From: Bacilli bacterium
Lineage (GTDB): Bacteria > Bacillota_I > Bacilli_A > RF39 > UBA660
DNA: 62,453 nucleotides
Assembly (NCBI GenBank): GCA_017418945.1
Contig: JAFOMI010000005.1
Location: 1-62,453, forward strand
Reading direction: 5' to 3'
Part shown: positions 51,230-60,171 of the stretch, piece by piece
Numbering within the stretch: the stretch's first letter is position 1
Layout: each line of letters begins with the position of its first letter
Translations under genes and position numbers: made by a program
Notes under the pieces: model-generated
Seen by the model: only the letters and a program-made list of their open reading frames with translations
What the model was told of the DNA's origin: nothing
Database searches by the model: none

Positions 51230-52162
51230 ATGAGAAAATTACTTCTTTTTTTACTTTTTAGTTTTTTAATTCCAATTATTATTAGTGGAATTTGTTTTAA
51301 TTATAAAATAGTAAAAGTTCTTTCAGGATTTAATCATAATGAATGTAATAAGAAAGTATCTATAAGGGTCTTAAAAAAAGATAATAGTATTGAAAATATT
51401 GATTTAGAAGAGTATTTAATAGGAGTAGTTTCTTCAGAAATGCCTGTATATTTTGAAGATGAAGCTCTAAAAGCGCAAGCAGTCGCATCAAGAACGTATG
51501 CCTTAAAGCAAATGGAAAATAATAAGGATAGAGAATATGATGTAACTGATGATATAAATTATCAAGTATATCAATCTAATGATGAATTAAAAGAAAAATG
51601 GGGAAATAAATATGATGACTATTATAACAAAATAAAAAATGCTGTGGAAAATACTAGGGGTGAGTATGTTTCATATAATGATGATTATATTTATGCCTTT
51701 TTCTTTTCCACAAGTAATGGATATACAGAAGACAATGTTAATGTGTTTGGTAAAGATTTACCATATTTAAAACCTGTTATTAGTGATGTAGATAAAGAAG
51801 AAAATCAAAATTTTGAAGTATCAACAAGTTTAAGTAAAACAGATTTTTATTCTAAATTAGGAATAGAATATAATGATTTATTAAGAATAACGAATATAAA
51901 TAAAACATCTTCAAACAGAATTTTATCTTTAGAAGTAAATGGTGTAACTTTTAAAGGAAGAGAGTTTCAAAAATTATTGGGTTTAAGATCAAATGATTTT
52001 GATGTTATAGAAAATGAATCTACTATCCTTATTAAAACAAGAGGTTTTGGTCATGGAGTAGGACTTAGTCAATATGGATCTAATGGACTTGCTAAACAAA
52101 AAAAGAATTATATTGAAATACTAAAATACTATTATCAAGGTACCGAAATAAAAAAATTATAA
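51230..52162 (+). CDS. spoIID: Stage II sporulation protein D (lytic transglycosylase family)
   Basis: Has an N-terminal anchor and SpoIID/LytB motifs (EEYLIGVVSSEMP, ALKAQAVASRTYAL, GHGVGLSQYG). Confidence 0.88.
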   Translation: MRKLLLFLLFSFLIPIIISGICFNYKIVKVLSGFNHNECNKKVSIRVLKKDNSIENIDLEEYLIGVVSSEMPVYFEDEALKAQAVASRTYALKQMENNKDREYDVTDDINYQVYQSNDELKEKWGNKYDDYYNKIKNAVENTRGEYVSYNDDYIYAFFFSTSNGYTEDNVNVFGKDLPYLKPVISDVDKEENQNFEVSTSLSKTDFYSKLGIEYNDLLRITNINKTSSNRILSLEVNGVTFKGREFQKLLGLRSNDFDVIENESTILIKTRGFGHGVGLSQYGSNGLAKQKKNYIEILKYYYQGTEIKKL

Positions 52163-52214
52163 TTTAATGTATATTTTTTATTTTATTAACCAAAATTTTA
52201 ATGAGGTGAATAAA

Positions 52215-52835
52215 ATGAAAAATAGAAGATTGAAAGGATTTGTTTTACCAACATTTAGTGCATTTTTAGTATCAATATTATTTATTACAATTATTAGTTT
52301 AGGTAAAAATCAAACAGAAGAAGTAAATGATAAAGTTGATTATACTTATTCTAATGAAAGTATAGTTTCAAATACTTTACCTGTTTTAAATGAAGATGAT
52401 GTTATCATAAGACCATATCAAGCCGAAAAAATTAATATATATAAAAAGTTTTATGATGGAGAAAATAATACTGATAATGCAATAATATATTATAAAGATA
52501 CTTATATGCAAAATTCAGGAATTTTATATAATAACGATGAAGAATTTAATGTTGTCTCAATATTAGATGGAGAAGTTATTGAAGTTAAGAAAGAAGATTT
52601 ACTTGGATACGTTGTTGAAATAAAACATTCTAATAATTTAATAAGTTCTTATGAAGGATTAAAAAGTGTTAATGTAAAAAAAGGTGATAGAATTACTCAA
52701 GAAACTTTAATAGGTAAAAGTGGAGAAATAAGTTTAGATGTAAATCTAAAAAATGCTTTATTATTTGAATTAATAAAAGATGGAAAATATGTTAATCCAG
52801 AAAATTATTTTGATAAAAAAGCAAATGAAATATAG
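52215..52835 (+). CDS. Membrane-anchored LytM/M23-domain protein, SpoIIQ-like (degenerate metal site)
   Basis: The start is the ATG at 52215 after GAGGTGA. It has a TM anchor and an M23 fold (DGEVIEVKKEDLLGYVVEIKHSNNLISSYEGL...GDRITQETLIGKSG). The usual second His-containing motif is replaced. It lies between spoIID and mbl. Confidence 0.6.
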   Translation: MKNRRLKGFVLPTFSAFLVSILFITIISLGKNQTEEVNDKVDYTYSNESIVSNTLPVLNEDDVIIRPYQAEKINIYKKFYDGENNTDNAIIYYKDTYMQNSGILYNNDEEFNVVSILDGEVIEVKKEDLLGYVVEIKHSNNLISSYEGLKSVNVKKGDRITQETLIGKSGEISLDVNLKNALLFELIKDGKYVNPENYFDKKANEI

Positions 52836-52843
52836 GTGTTAAT

Positions 52844-53833
52844 ATGTTTGGAAAAGATATAGGAATAGATTTAGGTACAGCAAATATATTAATTCATGTA
52901 AAAGGAGAAGGTATTGTTTTAAATGAACCTAGTGTAGTTGCAGTAGAAGCTGATTCAAAAAAAGTATTAGCAGTTGGTGAAGAAGCATATAAAATGCTAG
53001 GTAGAACACCTGGGAAAGTGTTAGCAATTAAGCCTTTAAAAGATGGGGTTATTGCTAATTTTGAATTAACAGTTGCTATGTTAAATTATTTTATAAAAAA
53101 GGTAGAAGCTAAAACAGCTTTTTCAAAACCAACTATATTAATTTGTTGTCCTACAAATATAACTGATGTTGAAAAAGAAGCTATAAAAGAAGTAGCAGAA
53201 GTAACTGGTGCTAAAAAAGTATATATAGAAGAAGAACCAAAAGTTGCTGCAGTAGGAGCAGGATTAGATATTTCAAAACCAAATGGTTCAATGGTAATTG
53301 ATATTGGTGGAGGAACAACAGATATTGCTATTTTATCTTTAGGTGATATAGTAACTAGTAAATCATTAAAGGTAGCAGGAAATGTTTTTGATCAAAAAAT
53401 AATTGATTATATTAAAGAAAAATATAAACTATTAATTGGAGAAAGAACGGCGGAAGATATTAAAATTGATATAGGTTCAGCATTTAATGATGATAAAAAA
53501 AGAAAAAAAGTAATTAAAGGAAGAAATCTTGAAACAGGTTTACCTTGTTCTAAGACAATTACATCAAGTGAAGTATATGAAGCTTTAGAAGGAAGTTTAT
53601 ATGATATTATAGATGGAGCTAAATGCGTGCTTGAAACTACTTTACCAGAATTAGCTGCGGACATAGTAGAAAATGGTATTGTTTTAACAGGTGGAGGAGC
53701 TTTATTAGATGGTCTTGATAAATTACTTAATAATGAATTAAAAATACCAGTTAGAATTGCAGAATCTCCTTTAACATGTGTTGCAGATGGAACAGGAATA
53801 ATGCTTTCTAATCTAAGTTTGATAGAAAAATAA
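52844..53833 (+). CDS. mbl: Rod-shape-determining actin homologue, Mbl-like MreB paralogue
   Basis: Contains DIGIDLGTANILIHVKGEGIVLNEPSVVA, ICCPTNIT, DIGGGTTD and YKLLIGERTAEDIKI. These closely track B. subtilis Mbl as I recall it. Confidence 0.9.
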   Translation: MFGKDIGIDLGTANILIHVKGEGIVLNEPSVVAVEADSKKVLAVGEEAYKMLGRTPGKVLAIKPLKDGVIANFELTVAMLNYFIKKVEAKTAFSKPTILICCPTNITDVEKEAIKEVAEVTGAKKVYIEEEPKVAAVGAGLDISKPNGSMVIDIGGGTTDIAILSLGDIVTSKSLKVAGNVFDQKIIDYIKEKYKLLIGERTAEDIKIDIGSAFNDDKKRKKVIKGRNLETGLPCSKTITSSEVYEALEGSLYDIIDGAKCVLETTLPELAADIVENGIVLTGGGALLDGLDKLLNNELKIPVRIAESPLTCVADGTGIMLSNLSLIEK

Positions 53834-53887
53834 GTATAGTACTTATTTTTTTTTACTCTTTATGATAAAATAAATATAGGTGATAAG

Positions 53888-54994
53888 ATGAGTAGTAATA
53901 TTTTAGATAATTTAAAAATAATACTTGTAGTATTTTTATGTGTAGCATTATTAATGCCTGTTGTAATGAAAATAGCAAATCATGTTAATGCATTAGATAT
54001 ACCAAATGAAAGAAAAGTCCATAAAGAACCAATGCCAAGATTAGGTGGACTAGCTATATTTATGGGATTCTTATTAGGATATATGTTATTTTGTTCACAA
54101 ACTCCACAAATGATATCAATATTAATAGGAAGTTTTGTTTTAATAATAGTAGGTATGATAGATGATATTAATCCAGTAAGACCTTTATTTAAATTTTCTG
54201 GTCAATTAGTAGCAGCTATTATAGTTGTTTATTATGGTAATGTAATAATGCAAGATATATCAGCTTATGGTTTATATATTAATTTTGGATTTTTAGCAAA
54301 ACCAATTACAATTTTATTTATTATTTCAATAGTTAATTGCTTAAATTTAATAGATGGATTAGACGGATTAGCAGGTGGAATTGCAACAATATTCTTTATA
54401 ACTATTTCATTTATAATAAGTATTATGGGAATATATAATGGATTAGATGCATCTTTATCATTAATAATGATAGGGGCAACATTAGGATTCTTACTTTATA
54501 ATTTTCATCCAGCCAAGATATTTATGGGTGATAGTGGATCTATGTTCTTGGGATATATGATAGCAGTTATATCATTATTAGGATTCAAAAATGTTACATT
54601 AACTTCATTTTTAGTTCCTGTATTAATTCTTGCTATTCCAATATTAGATACATTCTTTGCAATTGTAAGAAGATTACTTAAAGGAGAATCATTTGCAAAA
54701 GCAGATAAAGAACATTTTCATCATCAAATATTAAAAAGAGCAGGAAATCAAGTAAAAACAGTTTTAATAATTTACTTAATACAAATATTATTCTCAATTG
54801 CGTCAATTGTTTATGTTTTAGGTAATCCTAAGTTAGGTCAAATTATTTATGTTATTTTACTTGTTATAATTGTTTGGATAGTTGCAACAACAAATATTGT
54901 TTTTGATAGAACTAAACTAATTGAAAAAGTTGAAAACTTTAAAAGCAAAAAAATAACTAGAAGTAAACAAAATAAAAAAATTGTCAAAAAATAG
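53888..54994 (+). CDS. Glycosyltransferase family 4 polyprenyl-phosphate sugar-1-P transferase (TagO/WecA/MraY-like)
   Basis: About 10 TM helices, with motifs NERKVHK..PRLGG, NLIDGLDGLAGG and MGDSGS. Confidence 0.85.
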   Translation: MSSNILDNLKIILVVFLCVALLMPVVMKIANHVNALDIPNERKVHKEPMPRLGGLAIFMGFLLGYMLFCSQTPQMISILIGSFVLIIVGMIDDINPVRPLFKFSGQLVAAIIVVYYGNVIMQDISAYGLYINFGFLAKPITILFIISIVNCLNLIDGLDGLAGGIATIFFITISFIISIMGIYNGLDASLSLIMIGATLGFLLYNFHPAKIFMGDSGSMFLGYMIAVISLLGFKNVTLTSFLVPVLILAIPILDTFFAIVRRLLKGESFAKADKEHFHHQILKRAGNQVKTVLIIYLIQILFSIASIVYVLGNPKLGQIIYVILLVIIVWIVATTNIVFDRTKLIEKVENFKSKKITRSKQNKKIVKK

Positions 54995-55094
54995 ACTTTT
55001 TAGACTAAATTAATCATTGACATAAAAATAATTATATTTATAATTGTTGTTAGAAAAATAAGAAGTTTAAACTTCTTTTTTTGGTGGAGGACAT

Positions 55095-56336
55095 ATGTTC
55101 AAGGATTATAATAAATATTTATCAGCAAGTTTAAAAGTGTATATTTTTGTATTAGTTATTATATCTATACTAAAGATAGTTGGATTAGACTATTTTGGAA
55201 TAGATTCAAATAATCCAATATTAGTAGAAATAGATAAATTATTTGAAAATAGGTATTTATTAGATTTTTATTATTTAATAACTTTAACTTTTTATACGTA
55301 TGTGGTAGTAAGTATTAGTTGTGATTCTATAAATTCTGTTAAATATACTTTATTAACCTTACCAATATCATATTTAGTCCAAAATTCCAAATATTGGTTT
55401 GGTTTAAGTAATATATCTATTGTAGTAGATTTTGTTTATCTATTTTTGCTATGTATAATTTATAATAAAATTTATAAAACTATATCATATAAGAAATTAA
55501 CCAAGAGATTTATAATCTATAATATAATTAGTTTCTTGATTCAATTAGTATCATATATCACAAGATATAAATATAAAATTGAATATGATTATGGATTTAT
55601 TACAAATTTTATTTTAAATTTTGATTACATGATTTTAACTGTAATTATTTACAAATTAGCTTTTATGAAAGGAGTTGATTCTGTATGCATATACCAAACG
55701 GAAGTTGGTTCATTTTTGCAAAAGAAACAAAACTTAAAGAAATCGCTTCAAGAATTGCGAAAAAACTTTCAAAGTAATTTGAAAAATTTCAAAAAATACA
55801 ACAAAGAAGAAAAACTAACATTTATTCTTTATTTAACTTTTAGTTTTATATGGAATGTATTAAGTGTATTATTAATTTTATTATTTGCTAGATTAAATTA
55901 TTCTTTTGTTGAGTGCATATTTATATTAACATCCTTTTGGCTTTCAAAAAGTAAATTTGGTAAAGCATTTCATTTTAATAGTATGGCAGTATGCTTTGTA
56001 GTTTCTAATTTAACTTATTTTATATTAAATAGAGTAACTACACCATTAGGTATAAGTATATTTGTTCCTATATTACTAGGAGTGGGTCTTTCTTATTTTA
56101 CTTCTAAATTGGTTAAAAAAACATATAAAACATTATATAGAGGTATGCCTATTGATTTATTTAATGATACTATTTTAAAAGTGGTAGATAAGAATAGTCA
56201 AAAATATAATATTTGTAAAGAATTTTATATAGATAATGTTACTGACTTATCATTATCATTTAAATATAATTATTCAGTAGCTGGAATAAGAAAGATAAAA
56301 GAAAGAATAAATGAAAAGATAAAAGAACTTAATTAA
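55095..56336 (+). CDS. Polytopic membrane protein: N-terminal 6-TM module, AgrB-like 4-TM module, C-terminal HTH-like tail
   Basis: 413 aa, with SD GGTGGAGG. Residues from about 245 to 340 show an AgrB-like His...Cys pair spaced by 7 (FGKAFHFNSMAVCFVVS, H293/C300). The C-terminal 60 aa resemble sigma region 4-type HTH (DLSLSFKYNYSVAGIRKIKERI). The domain assignments are tentative. Confidence 0.45.
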   Translation: MFKDYNKYLSASLKVYIFVLVIISILKIVGLDYFGIDSNNPILVEIDKLFENRYLLDFYYLITLTFYTYVVVSISCDSINSVKYTLLTLPISYLVQNSKYWFGLSNISIVVDFVYLFLLCIIYNKIYKTISYKKLTKRFIIYNIISFLIQLVSYITRYKYKIEYDYGFITNFILNFDYMILTVIIYKLAFMKGVDSVCIYQTEVGSFLQKKQNLKKSLQELRKNFQSNLKNFKKYNKEEKLTFILYLTFSFIWNVLSVLLILLFARLNYSFVECIFILTSFWLSKSKFGKAFHFNSMAVCFVVSNLTYFILNRVTTPLGISIFVPILLGVGLSYFTSKLVKKTYKTLYRGMPIDLFNDTILKVVDKNSQKYNICKEFYIDNVTDLSLSFKYNYSVAGIRKIKERINEKIKELN

Positions 56337-56464
56337 ATTAAGTTCTTTTTTTAATTGTATTGTTTTGTATCAGTAATTAAGTCTAATATTTTGAATTAGA
56401 AACCTATAGGGAGTGGTATTTATAAGAATAAAATTTATTTAAAAATATTAATAAGGAGTCATTT

Positions 56465-57205
56465 ATGAAATTTAATTTTAGCAGCAAGTATTATTTCATC
56501 TTTAATATATTATTATTTACTATTGTAATATATTATTACTTAAAAAATATTAAATTAAAAGGTGATATTATTAAGCTTTTTAAATGTGTAAATGAGTATG
56601 AAGAAATTATAACTGATCAAGGGAAGAAGAATCATGAGTATAATAATCAATTAATTGTATTAAAAGGTTATGTTGATGATAAAGAAAAGTTAGAAGAGTA
56701 TTTATATTCACTTATAGATGATCATAAAACTGGTCAAAATTTTGAAGTTAGACAGTTATCTAAATTACCACAAGGCGGAATAAAAGTTCTTTTATATAAT
56801 AAAATTTTTAAGATGAATAAAAATGGAATAAAATATGATATTTATGTTTCAAAAGAACTTAAAAATATATTACTTAATTTAGAAGTATGTATGTGTAAAG
56901 ATATAAGTTTAATCCTTGGAGTTTTTCTAGATAACGCAATTGAAGCAGCAGCTAGTACTGATAAAAAAGAAATATTGATGGATTTTAAGAATGATAGTAA
57001 ATATATAGAATTTAAAATTCTTAATAGTTATAATTTAGATAATATTTCTTTAGATAAAAATTCTTTTAATACTACTAAAGGACAAGGACATGGTTTTGGT
57101 CTTAGATTAGTAAAAGATATTGTAAGAAGAAACAAAAAATTAGAAGTAGTAACAGATTATGATAATGATTATTTTATTCAAACATTATTAATAGAAATAA
57201 AATAA
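56465..57205 (+). CDS. AgrC/HPK10-type histidine kinase core with a single TM helix (no polytopic sensor)
   Basis: Has an H-box (KNHEYNNQLIVL, His57), an N-box (VFLDNAIEAA) and a G-box (KGQGHGFGLRLVKDIV). Only one N-terminal TM helix precedes the kinase core. Confidence 0.75.
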   Translation: MKFNFSSKYYFIFNILLFTIVIYYYLKNIKLKGDIIKLFKCVNEYEEIITDQGKKNHEYNNQLIVLKGYVDDKEKLEEYLYSLIDDHKTGQNFEVRQLSKLPQGGIKVLLYNKIFKMNKNGIKYDIYVSKELKNILLNLEVCMCKDISLILGVFLDNAIEAAASTDKKEILMDFKNDSKYIEFKILNSYNLDNISLDKNSFNTTKGQGHGFGLRLVKDIVRRNKKLEVVTDYDNDYFIQTLLIEIK

Positions 57206-57297
57206 AAAAATTGTCGAAATTTTTAGTTTGATAATTTTATAAAAAAGTAATATTTAGAGTTATGATTTTATTGGACATGAAGAAGGAGGAATAAAAT

Positions 57298-57525
57298 ATG
57301 TCAAAAGGTATAATAAAGTGGTTTAATAATGAGAAAGGATATGGTTTTATAAACGGTAATAATAATGAAGATATATTTGTTCATTATACCGCTATTAAAA
57401 TAGATGGATACAGAACTTTACAAGAGGGTCAAGAAGTATCTTTTCAATTACTAAAAACTGATAAAGGTTTACAAGCTACTAATGTAATTCCTGTAAACAC
57501 AAGAGAATTAACTGCTGCTTTTTAG
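57298..57525 (+). CDS. cspA: Cold-shock protein (CSD)
   Basis: GIIKWFNNEKGYGFI (RNP1) and DIFVHY (RNP2). 75 aa with a long 5' UTR. Confidence 0.93.
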   Translation: MSKGIIKWFNNEKGYGFINGNNNEDIFVHYTAIKIDGYRTLQEGQEVSFQLLKTDKGLQATNVIPVNTRELTAAF

Positions 57526-57563
57526 CAGCTTTTATTGTATAATAGATTAAAGGAGATGATATT

Positions 57564-58079
57564 ATGCAATATATTATTAGAGGAAATAATACTGATTCTA
57601 TTAAGGAATATATTGAATCTAAATTAGAGAAACTTAATAAGTATTTTAGTGCAGATAATCTAACCGCAACAGTAGTAACAAAAAAAGAAGGAAGAAATCA
57701 AAAAATTGAGGTTACTATTCCAACAAATAGTTTTACTTTAAGAAACGAATGTGTTAATGAAGATTTATATGCTGCTATAGATAATGTAGTAGATAAATTA
57801 GAAAGACAAGTAAGAAAAAATAAAGATAAAATAAATAAAAAAAATAATAAGAAAATAATTGAAGATTTTGATTATATACTTGAAGATGAATTTCAAGATG
57901 AAGAAAAAATAGTAAAAAGAAAAAAATTAGAATTAAAACCAATTGATGAAGAAGAAGCAATTATTGAAATGGAAATGCTTGGTCATTCATTCTTCGTATA
58001 TAAAGATGTAGATACAAATGAAATATGTATTTTATATAAGAGAAAAAGTGGAAATTATGGAATAATTGAAACTAGATAA
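57564..58079 (+). CDS. hpf: Ribosome hibernation promoting factor (long HPF)
   Basis: Has an S30AE N-domain and a C-terminal dimerisation domain (KPIDEEEAIIEMEMLGHSFFVY). Confidence 0.92.
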   Translation: MQYIIRGNNTDSIKEYIESKLEKLNKYFSADNLTATVVTKKEGRNQKIEVTIPTNSFTLRNECVNEDLYAAIDNVVDKLERQVRKNKDKINKKNNKKIIEDFDYILEDEFQDEEKIVKRKKLELKPIDEEEAIIEMEMLGHSFFVYKDVDTNEICILYKRKSGNYGIIETR

Positions 58080-58101
58080 AAGTCTATTATAGACTTTTTT
58101 T
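58078..58101 (+). terminator. Intrinsic terminator after hpf
   Basis: AAAGTCTA-TTA-TAGACTTT followed by T7. Confidence 0.7.
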
Positions 58102-58140
58102 CTTGCAAAAAAAATGATATAATTATTTCGAGGTAATGGT

Positions 58141-59397
58141 ATGAAAAATAATAAAATTGTTATTCTATTTACATTTTTTATTTTAACTTTATTTATTCCG
58201 AATTTTGTACATGCGGAAGTTTATTCATGCCCAAAACTATTAGATTCAGTAAGTGAATATTATGATATAAATGACGAATTAGATACTTTAGTTTGTGAAA
58301 ATACAGATGATAATGATGTTGTAAGACAATGTAATGACTTAAATACTAGAAAAGCATTGCTATTATCAAAAATTTTTAAATATAATGATAAGATTGGAGA
58401 TACTTGTAATTCACCAGAATTAAGAAAAATAATAGAAGACAATGAATCAATATGTAAAAATACATTTGGTTCAACTTTAAAAGATTTAACAAAAGCTGTA
58501 ATGACTTTATTTTATATTTTAGCTCCTTTTCTATTAATAATATTTGGTTCAATTGATTTAGCTAAAATAGTAACTGGTGGTGGAGGAAAAGAATTTTCTG
58601 AACAATTAACTAAGTCAAAGAAAAATTTAGCAAAAAGAGTAATTGCGTTTGTTCTTTTATATATGACACCAGTTGTTGTTAATATACTTTTAAGTTTTAA
58701 TTTATCATCTTATTCATTAGATGGAGACTTTTATACTTGTAAGACAAAAACAACTTATACAATAGATAGATGGGAAGTAACATATATACCAAATAATAAT
58801 TCATCGTCTGGAAATGTTAGTGTTACTAATTGGCATACTGACTGGTTCCAAGGTGATGATAGATGGGGAGGATTACCATGGCACGGGGATGGAACAGTTG
58901 CAGCAGGTGGATGTGGTAGTTTGGCCACATCAATTGTTGCTTCACATTATAGTGGCAATGATACTGAGAGTTCTCCATATTATCCTGTAAATACTGCAAA
59001 AGAGTATTATAATAGAGAAATACAACCCAATTTGAGATCAGATGCTATAACTAAGTATTTTAATGAATGGCATCCAGAATTAGGTCTAAAAGCCACTTAT
59101 GTATTAGGAGATATTGATTATAATTATTTAGATAGTATTTTAGCAAAGGGTGGATGCGTAATTGCAGATTTTCAAAGTGATATAACTTATAATGGAGTTA
59201 GCATTTGGACTAGTGGTGGACATTATGTAACAATCATTGGTGGTAATCAACATTCAGGTTATAGAGTTGCTGATTCTAACGGTTCTCATGAAAATGGTTT
59301 TAGTGGAATAGCAGAATGGGCTCCTTATGGTCAGCATGTATTTGAAAAAGAATACATTAAATCACCTTGGTATTTCTATGTTATAGAAAAGTTATAA
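58141..59397 (+). CDS. Secreted/membrane protein: Cys-rich N-domain, TM hairpin, C-terminal C39-like papain-fold peptidase
   Basis: Has a signal peptide (..FVHA/EV), six Cys in the first 100 mature residues, and two TM helices around a basic GGGG loop. The C-domain has WFQGDDRW..GGCGSLATSIVASHY (Cys258), GGHYVTIIGG (His361) and RVADSNG (Asp). Confidence 0.7.
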   Translation: MKNNKIVILFTFFILTLFIPNFVHAEVYSCPKLLDSVSEYYDINDELDTLVCENTDDNDVVRQCNDLNTRKALLLSKIFKYNDKIGDTCNSPELRKIIEDNESICKNTFGSTLKDLTKAVMTLFYILAPFLLIIFGSIDLAKIVTGGGGKEFSEQLTKSKKNLAKRVIAFVLLYMTPVVVNILLSFNLSSYSLDGDFYTCKTKTTYTIDRWEVTYIPNNNSSSGNVSVTNWHTDWFQGDDRWGGLPWHGDGTVAAGGCGSLATSIVASHYSGNDTESSPYYPVNTAKEYYNREIQPNLRSDAITKYFNEWHPELGLKATYVLGDIDYNYLDSILAKGGCVIADFQSDITYNGVSIWTSGGHYVTIIGGNQHSGYRVADSNGSHENGFSGIAEWAPYGQHVFEKEYIKSPWYFYVIEKL

Positions 59398-59420
59398 ATT
59401 GTTTTAACAAAGGAGAAAAT

Positions 59421-60155
59421 ATGAAAAAGAAAAGAATAATAATGTTGTTAATTATTGCTATATATATAATTATATCTATTTATTGCGATTTTATTTCTTC
59501 TAAAGAAAAGGTGGTTTATTTAGGAAATATTACTAAAGTATATATAGAAAATAATAAAATTAAAGTAAAAAATGATAATTATAATATTAATAATAAAAAG
59601 GTAAAATTATATTTTAATAATAAATTTATAAATGCTTATCTAAATTCAAATAAAGCAAATTTTTATAAAACATATTATGCCTTTGATAATAATAAAAACA
59701 GATTATTATTTGAAGGTGATTTAGTTGCGACTTCCAGTAATTTGAATTTAAAAATTTTAGAATTTAATAACGTAAAAGTAACTAATTCGGATTTAAATAG
59801 TTTATCAATTGTTATTAATAAAGACATTACTTCTATTTATAACTGTAATAAATATTATGTTGATTTAAATAGAGATAGTAATATAGAAAAAGTCTTTTCT
59901 TTCTTTATCGATGAATCAGAAGAAATAGCTAAAGAATACATTGTTGTAAAACAAAAAGAAGATTATAAAATTCTAACTACACTTAAAATTGAAAAAAAAT
60001 CACCTTCTAGGAAAGATTTGAAAGTATTTAATTTTATTGATCTTGATAATGATAGAAATTATGAAATAATTTTAAGAAAGAATGAAGGTGGAGATTCTAC
60101 ACCAAAATTTGAAGTATTTAAAATGAAAGATGATAAATACATTAAAGTAAAATAA
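59421..60155 (+). CDS. Hypothetical N-terminally anchored envelope protein
   Basis: The start is the ATG at 59421 after AAAGGAG. It has one TM helix and a beta-rich Asn/Lys-rich ectodomain ending with a DLDNDRNYE (Ca-binding-like) motif. I recognise no family. Confidence 0.6.
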   Translation: MKKKRIIMLLIIAIYIIISIYCDFISSKEKVVYLGNITKVYIENNKIKVKNDNYNINNKKVKLYFNNKFINAYLNSNKANFYKTYYAFDNNKNRLLFEGDLVATSSNLNLKILEFNNVKVTNSDLNSLSIVINKDITSIYNCNKYYVDLNRDSNIEKVFSFFIDESEEIAKEYIVVKQKEDYKILTTLKIEKKSPSRKDLKVFNFIDLDNDRNYEIILRKNEGGDSTPKFEVFKMKDDKYIKVK

Positions 60156-60171
60156 AGAAGGAGGTTTTATT

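Noticed and set aside
56350-56394. Candidate AgrD-like autoinducing peptide precursor between the AgrB-like gene and the kinase gene. It is a TTG-initiated 14-codon ORF, MYCFVSVIKSNILN.
   Set aside because: It has no SD sequence, starts inside the terminator T-run of the upstream gene, and is far shorter than AgrD precursors (about 40-50 aa). It also lacks an amphipathic leader and an acidic tail. The spacer contains no ATG at all.
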